Shown piece by piece: positions 26,114 through 33,748 of a stretch of 64,000 bases of DNA. Source of the stretch: a phage. Under the pieces are notes generated by a model that was not told where the DNA came from, did not search any database, and worked only from the letters and a program-made list of their open reading frames with translations. Every line of letters begins with the position of its first letter. The stretch's first letter is position 1. The stretch lies in the sequence record OZ335964.1. The stretch is one strand, 5' to 3'. The position numbers and the translations under genes were made by a program.

Positions 26114-27346
26114 TTATACTGCCATTTGAGCGGTGATTGCTGGATGGCTTTGATAGTTGTGAATTTTAAAGTCTTTCGGAGTCTTTGTCAATACCTCATC
26201 TAATGATTTAAATTCCGGCAACTCAATTGTTGGTTTATCAAACGGAACACGGCTTAACTGTTCCATAACTTGATCAAAATGGTTTTTGTAAATGTGAGTA
26301 TCTCCACCAGAGAAAATCAGTTCTCCTACCTCAAGATCACACATTTTCGCTATGATGTGAGTTAACAGCGCATAGCTGGCAACATTAAAGGGCAAGCCCA
26401 AAAAGCTGTCTACGCTTCGCTGAAACCACATACAAGACAGTTTACCTTCATTGACATAGAATTGTACGAACGGATGACATACACCCAATACAGCATTATG
26501 TGTTCCTTGTACGTTCCATGAGTCAATGATGATACGTCGATCCGTTGGATTGTTTTTAATTTGTTCAATCACGTTTTGTAACTGGTCTTCCCAAATCTTC
26601 GGGCGATAGACATATTCTTCATCGTCTTTAGTGCTCGATGTGTCTACGTCCATACTAGCAAAGATCGTGGTATCTGGCGCTAAAATATCCCCGCCCAGAT
26701 AATCACTATCAAGCAGATAACCGAAATAACCATCATCTACCCATTCCTGGAATCCCCACAAGCAATATGCATCATTAACAAAATTAGATTGAGTCTTCCA
26801 GTGGTCTGCTACTAAGAATAGATTATATTCAGAATCAAACTCTTCATAACGCATACCACGCCAGATGGCACATAAACGGTCTTCTGTTTCATTGGTTGGC
26901 GTAAAGTCTTCTACCCACGGGTGCTTAAATGTATGTGTATATTTGCTCTTAACGCGCTTAATTTTGATTTCACCGTGTGGATGAATCGGTTTGCGTCGCC
27001 AAGCCATACCATACATATTGCCGACATTATAACCATTGAATCGCAAAGGATTCTTTTCTTTCATATCAAGACAGTTGCCGCGCCAAATGTCGAAGGCTTC
27101 TTCGTCAAACTTACCGCGTGTAATTTCCTGTAAGCGACGGCGGTCAAGTGATCCCTCCATAAACCATAGCAACTCGCCAATTACAGAGGCTGTAGCCATC
27201 TTTTTAGTGGTCAGTAAGGGGAAACCCTTGCTTAAATCGATTCGCATCTCTGCGCCGAATTTAGAGAGCGTACCTACCCCCGTGCGGTCTTCACGAGGCC
27301 AGCCATTATCAAGAACATCACGCAACAGTTTCAAATATTCTTTCAT
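26114..27346 (-). CDS. td: thymidylate synthase with large in-frame insertion
   Basis: 410 aa; DRTGVGT, RRIIIDSWN, CHPFVQFYV and C-terminal MAV match ThyA, but ~120 extra residues lie between the MYGMAWRR and IWEDQLQ blocks. Confidence 0.8.
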   Translation of the reverse strand: MKEYLKLLRDVLDNGWPREDRTGVGTLSKFGAEMRIDLSKGFPLLTTKKMATASVIGELLWFMEGSLDRRRLQEITRGKFDEEAFDIWRGNCLDMKEKNPLRFNGYNVGNMYGMAWRRKPIHPHGEIKIKRVKSKYTHTFKHPWVEDFTPTNETEDRLCAIWRGMRYEEFDSEYNLFLVADHWKTQSNFVNDAYCLWGFQEWVDDGYFGYLLDSDYLGGDILAPDTTIFASMDVDTSSTKDDEEYVYRPKIWEDQLQNVIEQIKNNPTDRRIIIDSWNVQGTHNAVLGVCHPFVQFYVNEGKLSCMWFQRSVDSFLGLPFNVASYALLTHIIAKMCDLEVGELIFSGGDTHIYKNHFDQVMEQLSRVPFDKPTIELPEFKSLDEVLTKTPKDFKIHNYQSHPAITAQMAV

Positions 27347-27587
27347 CCCACTTCACCTTTTTCTTATTGATTGCTTTCTTACGCAGTTTTGCTACTGTCT
27401 CGTCAATATCGATAAAGACAACGCCCGGATCGAATACAGTAACAGGTCTTGAAATGTCGCTATTTTCCTGTACTGGAAGCCATGACGCTTTAGCTTCATC
27501 ATAGAGATATTGTAAACCGTAATAATCTACGGCTACTGCGTAGTTTTCACTGGTAGCTGACCATAATTGAATAATGGTTATTTTCAT
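27318..27587 (-). CDS. hypothetical protein
   Basis: 89 aa from MKITIIQ (track ORF starts 9 codons earlier). Confidence 0.45.
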   Translation of the reverse strand: MKITIIQLWSATSENYAVAVDYYGLQYLYDEAKASWLPVQENSDISRPVTVFDPGVVFIDIDETVAKLRKKAINKKKVKWDERIFETVA

Positions 27588-27680
27588 TATTGTTCCCGTC
27601 CGCAATGTAAACACCGACTACCAGCAAACATCAAAGATTCACCACAATGTTTGCACTCATAATCTGTCAGAATTTTCATG

Positions 27681-28268
27681 TTACACCTTCTTACGTTCTA
27701 AAATTTGTTCGCTGATCAGGTAATCATCAAGGAAGTAATTATGTTCTTCTTTTGTTGCAAAGTCAAAATATAATTCCTGAATCATTTCCTTAGAGATACC
27801 AACATCATATTCAAATGGATCGTTGATTCCTGAACGTTGAACATACGTTAACACAATACGATCCGCAAAGTCAACCGCTTTTTCAATCAGGGAAGGTCCA
27901 CCGATAACACTTACCAAACCTTGCGTTTTCTCTAGGGCTTTTAACAGATCCTTCAATTCAATTCCAGTGTACACATCAGGTTGGTCGCCGTTTTTTGTTT
28001 TCGGTTCTGGCTTGCTGGTATCGGTGCTAACAACCACATTCAAGCGCCCCCAAAGTGCTTTAGGCAGACTTTCAAAGGTATTACGTCCCATTACTACCGC
28101 AGCAAAATCAACCTCACCAATGGTGCGGATTTTAAAGTTCTCCATATCTTTTTTGATTGGACGACCCCACGGTAAACCGCCTTTAAAACCAAAAGCCCAA
28201 TTTTCATCCGACATTTTAGTGTCACCAATCGCAAATACACATTGAATCATAATATAATCTCCTGTCAA
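27681..28268 (-). CDS. frd: dihydrofolate reductase
   Basis: 195 aa (T4 Frd 193 aa); DHFR N-terminal motif around GGLPW; synteny td-frd-32. Confidence 0.85.
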   Translation of the reverse strand: MTGDYIMIQCVFAIGDTKMSDENWAFGFKGGLPWGRPIKKDMENFKIRTIGEVDFAAVVMGRNTFESLPKALWGRLNVVVSTDTSKPEPKTKNGDQPDVYTGIELKDLLKALEKTQGLVSVIGGPSLIEKAVDFADRIVLTYVQRSGINDPFEYDVGISKEMIQELYFDFATKEEHNYFLDDYLISEQILERKKV

Positions 28269-28594
28269 ATCAATTTAAAGAAGTTTTCGTTTACATTTTC
28301 TTCGGTGATTGCTGTCTTAAATTCAGCTTCATCATCAGGCGAAACATAATAGCGTTCGGAATAATCACGCCACATTTTCAGTAAGCTAACACCAACATTA
28401 ACACCATTTTCCCAGAAACGGAATACAATTTTATGTGCGGTGTAACGGTAATCACTTTGAATCAAGCTACCATCCCCGCGACGAGATTCATAAACCGTAA
28501 TACATTCACGATTAGCGGCTTTAATGCATTCTTCAATAGTTCCACACGAGACAATTTCGGTTGATTCGTCTACGATTTTTTCTACTGTCCACAT
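28265..28594 (-). CDS. hypothetical protein
   Basis: 109 aa; stop coupled to frd start. Confidence 0.5.
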   Translation of the reverse strand: MWTVEKIVDESTEIVSCGTIEECIKAANRECITVYESRRGDGSLIQSDYRYTAHKIVFRFWENGVNVGVSLLKMWRDYSERYYVSPDDEAEFKTAITEENVNENFFKLI

Positions 28595-28625
28595 AATATA
28601 ATCCTCTCTTTGTTTCTATGTTTGT

Positions 28626-28653
28626 ATTATACATCATCTGTGTTCGGCGTCAA
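28626..28653 (-). promoter_or_regulatory. sigma70-type promoter
   Basis: TTGACG - 16 nt - TATAAT on minus strand upstream of 28265..28594. Confidence 0.45.
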
Positions 28654-28979
28654 CCTTTTTGTTCCATGAAAAGCGGTGCTGTTTCTTCTTTCAGTTTAAT
28701 AACTAGCGCGGAAACTTCATCAAGAAAATCTTTTTCCATATGAGCAAGCATTGATTTAGAATCTTTGATGACTTTCAAAGAATATTCACTTAGATTTCCT
28801 TTTCCTAACAATAATGCGGGATACACACTATGTGGGATCTCGATTTCATGATATTCACTCATAGTATAATATTTGTGAATTTTTAAATCTATATTTCTTC
28901 GTTGTACGTCTACATCAGCAATGACATACAGAAGTTCGATTTTATCACTTTTCTGGGAAAGGGTAGCATTCAAAAACAT
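28650..28979 (-). CDS. hypothetical protein
   Basis: 109 aa ORF with RBS GGAGGA. Confidence 0.5.
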   Translation of the reverse strand: MFLNATLSQKSDKIELLYVIADVDVQRRNIDLKIHKYYTMSEYHEIEIPHSVYPALLLGKGNLSEYSLKVIKDSKSMLAHMEKDFLDEVSALVIKLKEETAPLFMEQKG

Positions 28980-29008
28980 TGTTAATCCTCCGTTGTTTCG
29001 ATGAGTTC

Positions 29009-29036
29009 ATTATACATTACCTCGCCAACATGTCAA
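29009..29036 (-). promoter_or_regulatory. sigma70-type promoter
   Basis: TTGACA - 16 nt - TATAAT on minus strand. Confidence 0.45.
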
Positions 29037-29062
29037 CACCTTTTTCATAAATTTTTAGGCAA

Positions 29063-29088
29063 TAAAAAAGCCTCCCCGAAGGGAGGCT
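29063..29088 (-). terminator. rho-independent terminator after gene 32
   Basis: GCCTCCC-CGAA-GGGAGGC hairpin followed on minus strand by TTTTTTATT. Confidence 0.75.
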
Positions 29089-29098
29089 GTAAAATTCA

Positions 29099-30073
29099 TT
29101 ACATCGCTAACAGAGAGTCCAGGTCATCCAGATCAGAAGCGGAGGAAGTACCGCCACCCAGGTCCAGAGATGCCATCAGATCATCAGCGGAAGAATCTGA
29201 CGCCGTGCTAGCTGCGTTAATACCAACTACAGTGCTAGCTGCGGTAATACCAGAATCGAATGCATTTAAAGCAGCGTCAAAATCGTCAAGCTGGCTGTTA
29301 ATCGCTGCCGCAGCACTGGAAGCCGCAGCACCAGCTACCATAGAAACGCCCATAGTTTTCTTAAATTTGGTTTCCAGTTCATCGAACGGTTTAAACTGGC
29401 TAGGCGCTACAATCTCTCCCAGGTCAACCATGTTTTCCATCAGATATTTCTGATATGCTTCGTCTTCAATTTTCGGAAGCTGTGATTGCTGCATGAAACG
29501 AGAATCATCATAGTTCTGGTGTTTATCAACCTTCTTAGCTTTCAGGAGGAAGTTAGCACCGGAGAACACACAAGTTACATCGACCGGAACTTCGCCCATA
29601 TCGGTATTCACGTTCACCATTGCAACGATCTTATCATAAATTTTCTGACCGAAGCGGAATTTGAATACCTTACCTTCATTTTCTGGTGCTTGAGGATCTT
29701 TCAGTACCAGAATATTTGCGTAGTAAGAGGCTTTACGCTTAATCAGTTGCCATTCGGTTTTGTCGGTATTGTACAGGTCTTTTTCGTTAATATATTTGCA
29801 CACAGGGCAAGAATCAAAATCACCGTGGGTGCTGGAGCAGTTTTCCCAATACCATTTTCCATTAACTTTGAAGGAATGGTTTACCAGTTTCACAATCGGC
29901 AGACCGTCTTCTGTCTTAGACGGCAGGAAGCGAATCAGGGCTTCACCGTTACCTGCTGCATCAGTCTTAATCTTCCACTCTTTCGGGTCTTCTTTGGAGA
30001 AACCGTTGCCACCTTTCAGTGCGGCCAGTTGAGCTTGCAGTTTGGAGCTATCTTGACGACGAAACATGTTCAT
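29099..30073 (-). CDS. 32: single-stranded DNA-binding protein gp32
   Basis: 324 aa; ALIRFLPSK, NGKWYWENCSSTHGDFDSCPVC, ENEGKVFKFRFG closely match T4 gp32 including the Zn site. Confidence 0.9.
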   Translation of the reverse strand: MNMFRRQDSSKLQAQLAALKGGNGFSKEDPKEWKIKTDAAGNGEALIRFLPSKTEDGLPIVKLVNHSFKVNGKWYWENCSSTHGDFDSCPVCKYINEKDLYNTDKTEWQLIKRKASYYANILVLKDPQAPENEGKVFKFRFGQKIYDKIVAMVNVNTDMGEVPVDVTCVFSGANFLLKAKKVDKHQNYDDSRFMQQSQLPKIEDEAYQKYLMENMVDLGEIVAPSQFKPFDELETKFKKTMGVSMVAGAAASSAAAAINSQLDDFDAALNAFDSGITAASTVVGINAASTASDSSADDLMASLDLGGGTSSASDLDDLDSLLAM

Positions 30074-30133
30074 AATTATACCTCTTTATACATTAACTAT
30101 TGATTAATTTACGTTTTATACTATATCAGATAC

Positions 30134-30730
30134 TTAATTGCTTGTCAATACTTTATCAATTATATCTAACAGTTTTGGCTTTCTATTTTCAAATTCTAAC
30201 ATCTCTTCGGGAGAAATGTCAACTACTTCTGTTTTGTTGAAAAAGTTTGGGTCTATAGCATCAGCAACAAAGTTTCTCGCAAGTGCTGCCGCTTTCTCAT
30301 GAACATATATTCCCAAATATATCAACTTCTTTCTTTCGACCTGAATATTGGCAACATATTTACCATCTCGTTTATAAAGACTAACACCGATATATTCAGA
30401 CGATCGACCTTTCTGTTTACCCATATTTCTTGAGTTTTGTTGCTCGTTCGCATCTCTCAAGTTTTCAATCCTATTATCTGTTATAATTCGGTTAACATGG
30501 TCAACGTATTTTGGCATGTATCCATGATGCATAAAGAAAATTATTCTATGCTCTTTATGATGTTTACCATCGATACACACCAATCTGTATCCATGACTAG
30601 GATTAACTCCACCCGCTCTAGATCCGACTTTATGCTTTCTGTTTGTCGATATCTTGCGAATCAGCTTACCGTTATCATATTTAAAGAGTTCATGACAACG
30701 AGCATACAATTCAGGATCATATGTTTTCAC
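30134..30730 (-). CDS. HNH homing endonuclease with AP2-like domain
   Basis: 198 aa; HNH_3 motif VDHVNRIITDNRIENLR plus AP2-like SEYIGVSLYKRDGKYVANIQV; sits between 59 and 32. Confidence 0.7.
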   Translation of the reverse strand: MKTYDPELYARCHELFKYDNGKLIRKISTNRKHKVGSRAGGVNPSHGYRLVCIDGKHHKEHRIIFFMHHGYMPKYVDHVNRIITDNRIENLRDANEQQNSRNMGKQKGRSSEYIGVSLYKRDGKYVANIQVERKKLIYLGIYVHEKAAALARNFVADAIDPNFFNKTEVVDISPEEMLEFENRKPKLLDIIDKVLTSN

Positions 30731-31394
30731 CTTTTAACCTCGATATTTCTTTACACTCTTTAACTACTTTAACAAATAATGCTCTTGCTTTTGCGGCGTC
30801 AATAACAAGTAGTTTCTTGTACGCCTTCATTTTAACACTATAAGTTTGCCAAATCAAGTCTTTGGCTACCTTGTCGTGTTCGTCGATTATATTTAGAAAG
30901 CTATCTAACAACATAAACGACTCAAACGATATAATCCGATTTTGCAGTAGTTTAAAGATACCGCTAGTTTCGGTTGCGGGATTGTATGTAATTAGCTCTT
31001 TAAGAGTAACCCCGCGTTTCTCGGAGAAGTATACCAGACTTTTAATGTCATCGTCAAATCTTGTTGCTGCATCAGTGATCTTACCGATATACTCCATGTA
31101 AAATCCGTATGCGTCAACATCAGTGATTTCGCCTACCCATGCATCGGTATTAGCTACCAGATTGCTTAGGAATAGGAAGTATAATTCTCTTAGATTGTAC
31201 TTTTCCGCTAATTTCGCGAAATAATACTTATCTCTGCGTTTATTGAATGCGGCATCAGATAACCGCATCCTCCAATTGTATTTTACGCAATCGTAACGCC
31301 CGTTCATATGAGCTTTCATCATGCAATATAACATATACACAGATTTAGCATTAATTCGCATATCTGGATCTGGAGGAAGACGGTTTCTGATCAT
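30717..31394 (-). CDS. 59: helicase loader gp59
   Basis: 225 aa; KSVYMLY, MNGRYDCVKYNWRMRLSDAAFNKRRDKY, FLSNLVAN, SFMLLDSFLNIIDEHD closely match T4 gp59. Confidence 0.85.
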   Translation of the reverse strand: MIRNRLPPDPDMRINAKSVYMLYCMMKAHMNGRYDCVKYNWRMRLSDAAFNKRRDKYYFAKLAEKYNLRELYFLFLSNLVANTDAWVGEITDVDAYGFYMEYIGKITDAATRFDDDIKSLVYFSEKRGVTLKELITYNPATETSGIFKLLQNRIISFESFMLLDSFLNIIDEHDKVAKDLIWQTYSVKMKAYKKLLVIDAAKARALFVKVVKECKEISRLKGENI

Positions 31395-31403
31395 ACATAC
31401 CCC

Positions 31404-31673
31404 TTAAATATCGAGAGTGTTGGTCGGTTCGTCGATCACTCCCTTCCTGAGCGTTCTATTTACTATACATTCTTGTGTGATCTTGTCAATAATGGACACC
31501 GGAATATATTTCTGATAGTGACCATATTCTATAGAGTTTTCCTCTACAAACTGCGTTGTCGCTTCAAGATAGGTCAATCCCTCTTCAACAACTAGTTTTT
31601 CGATTGCAAGACCGTTTGCTGTTTTGTTCGCGGCTTTTACCGCATGTTCATTAAGCATTGAACACCCGATCAT
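31404..31673 (-). CDS. 33: late transcription co-activator gp33
   Basis: 89 aa; GLTYLEATTQFVEENSI matches T4 gp33 GMSYLEATTAFLEENSI; C-terminal TNTLDI conserved. Confidence 0.7.
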   Translation of the reverse strand: MIGCSMLNEHAVKAANKTANGLAIEKLVVEEGLTYLEATTQFVEENSIEYGHYQKYIPVSIIDKITQECIVNRTLRKGVIDEPTNTLDI

Positions 31674-31926
31674 AGAGTTCTACTGCTTCGTCGCGTTCTG
31701 CTTCGAAGGTTTCGCGCTGTTGTTGGTGATACAGTTTAAACAGAATGCCCCACATTTTACCGTCTACGCCTAATTCTTCTTTAGCACGCTGCTTTATCTC
31801 TTTGATCTTATCGCCGTATGCTTCTTGAATGGTTTTCTGATCGCTGGCTTCTTTAATCAGTTGTGCCAGGGTATTTCCGTGCACTGCTTCGTCAAATACT
31901 ACTTTTTCTTTTTTCTGTTCAGTCAT
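31651..31926 (-). CDS. dsbA: DsbA-like dsDNA-binding protein (by synteny)
   Basis: 91 aa acidic/basic helical protein between 33 and rnh, as T4 dsbA; sequence identity not verifiable from memory. Confidence 0.4.
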   Translation of the reverse strand: MTEQKKEKVVFDEAVHGNTLAQLIKEASDQKTIQEAYGDKIKEIKQRAKEELGVDGKMWGILFKLYHQQQRETFEAERDEAVELYDRVFNA

Positions 31927-31930
31927 AATA

Positions 31931-32530
31931 TTAACCCTCTTTAGTCATTAATTGAAAACCACGTTCAGCTTTTGAGATTTCGCTAGGACGTAAATCGTCA
32001 CCCACATATTCTAGCATCATTTCTCGGATAATGTCAAGTGCTTTTTCATCACCTGATTTTAACTCGAACTCAAGTTCATAATGAGCAGTGTCGCCAATTC
32101 CTTCGCCTACTTTGCCATAATAGAAAGTGTCTTTGCACATTTCCACTATACCACAATCCATATCTAGAGTCAATGACTTGCGATATGTCATTACTTGCAT
32201 TATTGTAGTGATATAGTCGGAGTTTACCCCTAGACTATCAATAAAATGGACGAACTCATCCCAATTTGAAAATGTAATTTCCTCGCGGTTGAATAGTCCA
32301 GATTCATTATCACCAATTTTGACCATGATCTCTGATTTTCTACAGTCAAGTCGTGCATAAATTCCTTTTTGACGTAGAGCATGATCTTCGGTATCATAAT
32401 AAAATTCGTGTTTTAGAATGTTATCTCGGTCTAAGAGATTGTACCCGTCATACATTGCCACCCACAAATCACAGATGGTTTCGACGCCAATTTGTGAGTG
32501 TGCATAGTATTTTAATTCAAGTTCTTTCAT
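31931..32530 (-). CDS. CYTH-domain protein (triphosphate tunnel metalloenzyme / CyaB-like)
   Basis: 199 aa; N-terminal ELELKY (ExExK signature) and C-terminal acidic strand YELEFELK; not in T4 between dsbA and rnh. Confidence 0.5.
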   Translation of the reverse strand: MKELELKYYAHSQIGVETICDLWVAMYDGYNLLDRDNILKHEFYYDTEDHALRQKGIYARLDCRKSEIMVKIGDNESGLFNREEITFSNWDEFVHFIDSLGVNSDYITTIMQVMTYRKSLTLDMDCGIVEMCKDTFYYGKVGEGIGDTAHYELEFELKSGDEKALDIIREMMLEYVGDDLRPSEISKAERGFQLMTKEG

Positions 32531-32540
32531 GTGTCAACCC

Positions 32541-33488
32541 TTAGAACTCACCAATTTTCTGCAACATTTTAACTAACGCATTTGTTACAAAATAGTTATA
32601 AATTTTACCGCGTGGTGCTGGTTTAGATTTTTCCCATGACTCCAGAATCTGGTTCTGAATATCATCTGGGATGTAATCAAAATCAATAAGTTCGCGGTTT
32701 TCGTCAAAGCGTCGTGCTTCTTCCTCTGTCATCAAAGACTTTGGATCTTCGGCATCGAAAATTTGCTCTAACCATTTGGTCGCAACTGGTTTAGCTCGCT
32801 CCCCTTCCAGTCGAGAGATAATAAAATCACTACGACATTTGACAGAAGCTACACCGTCTTTTGCGTCACCCTTAACACATTTTACCATAAGGTCTTTGTA
32901 AGGACTACCATATTTGCATTTCTTCCATGCTTTCTGTACTGGCGCCCACTGTTTCACGTTTTTGTATTTGTGCAACTGTGTGTAGTCACCATCACCGGAG
33001 TTGATCAGCACCTGACGACCTTCTACAGAAAACTTTTTAGTTAACACAGCGATTATATCATCCGCTTCAACTTTGTCAACCTTAATAACGTGATAAGGCA
33101 TGTTCTCTTTAAACTCTTCTGTGATCTTATTGATCGCAGCAAAGATCATCTCCCAATCACGCGGGTCTGCGTCTCGCTTTTCCTTGCGGTTACGCTTGTA
33201 ATAAGGTGCGATATCACGTCGCCAGTAACCTTTGCTTGAATCAAAAGCAAGTACCGTAATCGGGTATTGCTCTTTGAATTTTGTCATATTATAACGCATG
33301 GTGTCAAGAATAAGATGACGGATCATGCCTTCACTAATAGGATCTTCCGGTTTAAAGGTATGCGAGATAGTAGCAATCATAAGCTGCGACATATCAATCA
33401 AATGCACACCTTCCGGCAGTTTATCTTCTGGATCATCGAAGAAATCATTAAGTGTAGCGGTAGTTTTTGTAAACGGGTTATACGTCAT
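32541..33488 (-). CDS. rnh: RNase H (5'-3' exonuclease, FEN-1 family)
   Basis: 315 aa (T4 305 aa); GYWRRD, YYKRNR, ADDIIAVLTKKFS, SGDGDYTQLHKY, ASVKCRSDF, IDFDYIPD, PRGKIY match T4 RNase H. Confidence 0.85.
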   Translation of the reverse strand: MTYNPFTKTTATLNDFFDDPEDKLPEGVHLIDMSQLMIATISHTFKPEDPISEGMIRHLILDTMRYNMTKFKEQYPITVLAFDSSKGYWRRDIAPYYKRNRKEKRDADPRDWEMIFAAINKITEEFKENMPYHVIKVDKVEADDIIAVLTKKFSVEGRQVLINSGDGDYTQLHKYKNVKQWAPVQKAWKKCKYGSPYKDLMVKCVKGDAKDGVASVKCRSDFIISRLEGERAKPVATKWLEQIFDAEDPKSLMTEEEARRFDENRELIDFDYIPDDIQNQILESWEKSKPAPRGKIYNYFVTNALVKMLQKIGEF

Positions 33489-33490
33489 AA

Positions 33491-33676
33491 TTAAGTTCTC
33501 TCCACTCTCACAACAACAGACTCATCAAACGAGCTAGATACTTCACGATCATACCCGTATTTCTCCATAACTCGCAGAATTGCATTGTTTAATTCGGCAC
33601 GGAAATAATTGTAATCCTTATCTGGGATTCTGTCAACTATCCATTTTGCACCGTCTGACAAATCAACTTTAACCAT
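33491..33676 (-). CDS. hypothetical small protein
   Basis: 61 aa, coupled to rnh. Confidence 0.4.
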   Translation of the reverse strand: MVKVDLSDGAKWIVDRIPDKDYNYFRAELNNAILRVMEKYGYDREVSSSFDESVVVRVERT

Positions 33677-33712
33677 AATAACATCCTCTCTTTATTTGTC
33701 AAGCCTTCATTT

Positions 33713-33720
33713 TATAAATA
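33713..33720 (+). promoter_or_regulatory. T4-type late promoter
   Basis: Exact TATAAATA ~29 nt upstream of gene 34 ATG. Confidence 0.6.
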
Positions 33721-33748
33721 ATCTCATACTATAACAGGAGATCATATA

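Noticed and set aside
26114-27346. Group I intron or intein in td
   Set aside because: Frame is continuous through the extra segment, there is no stop or frameshift, and no Cys/Ser...His-Asn intein termini.
29001-30103. Two + strand ORFs (150 and 205 aa)
   Set aside because: Antisense to gene 32 and its terminator; no start signals; shadow ORFs.
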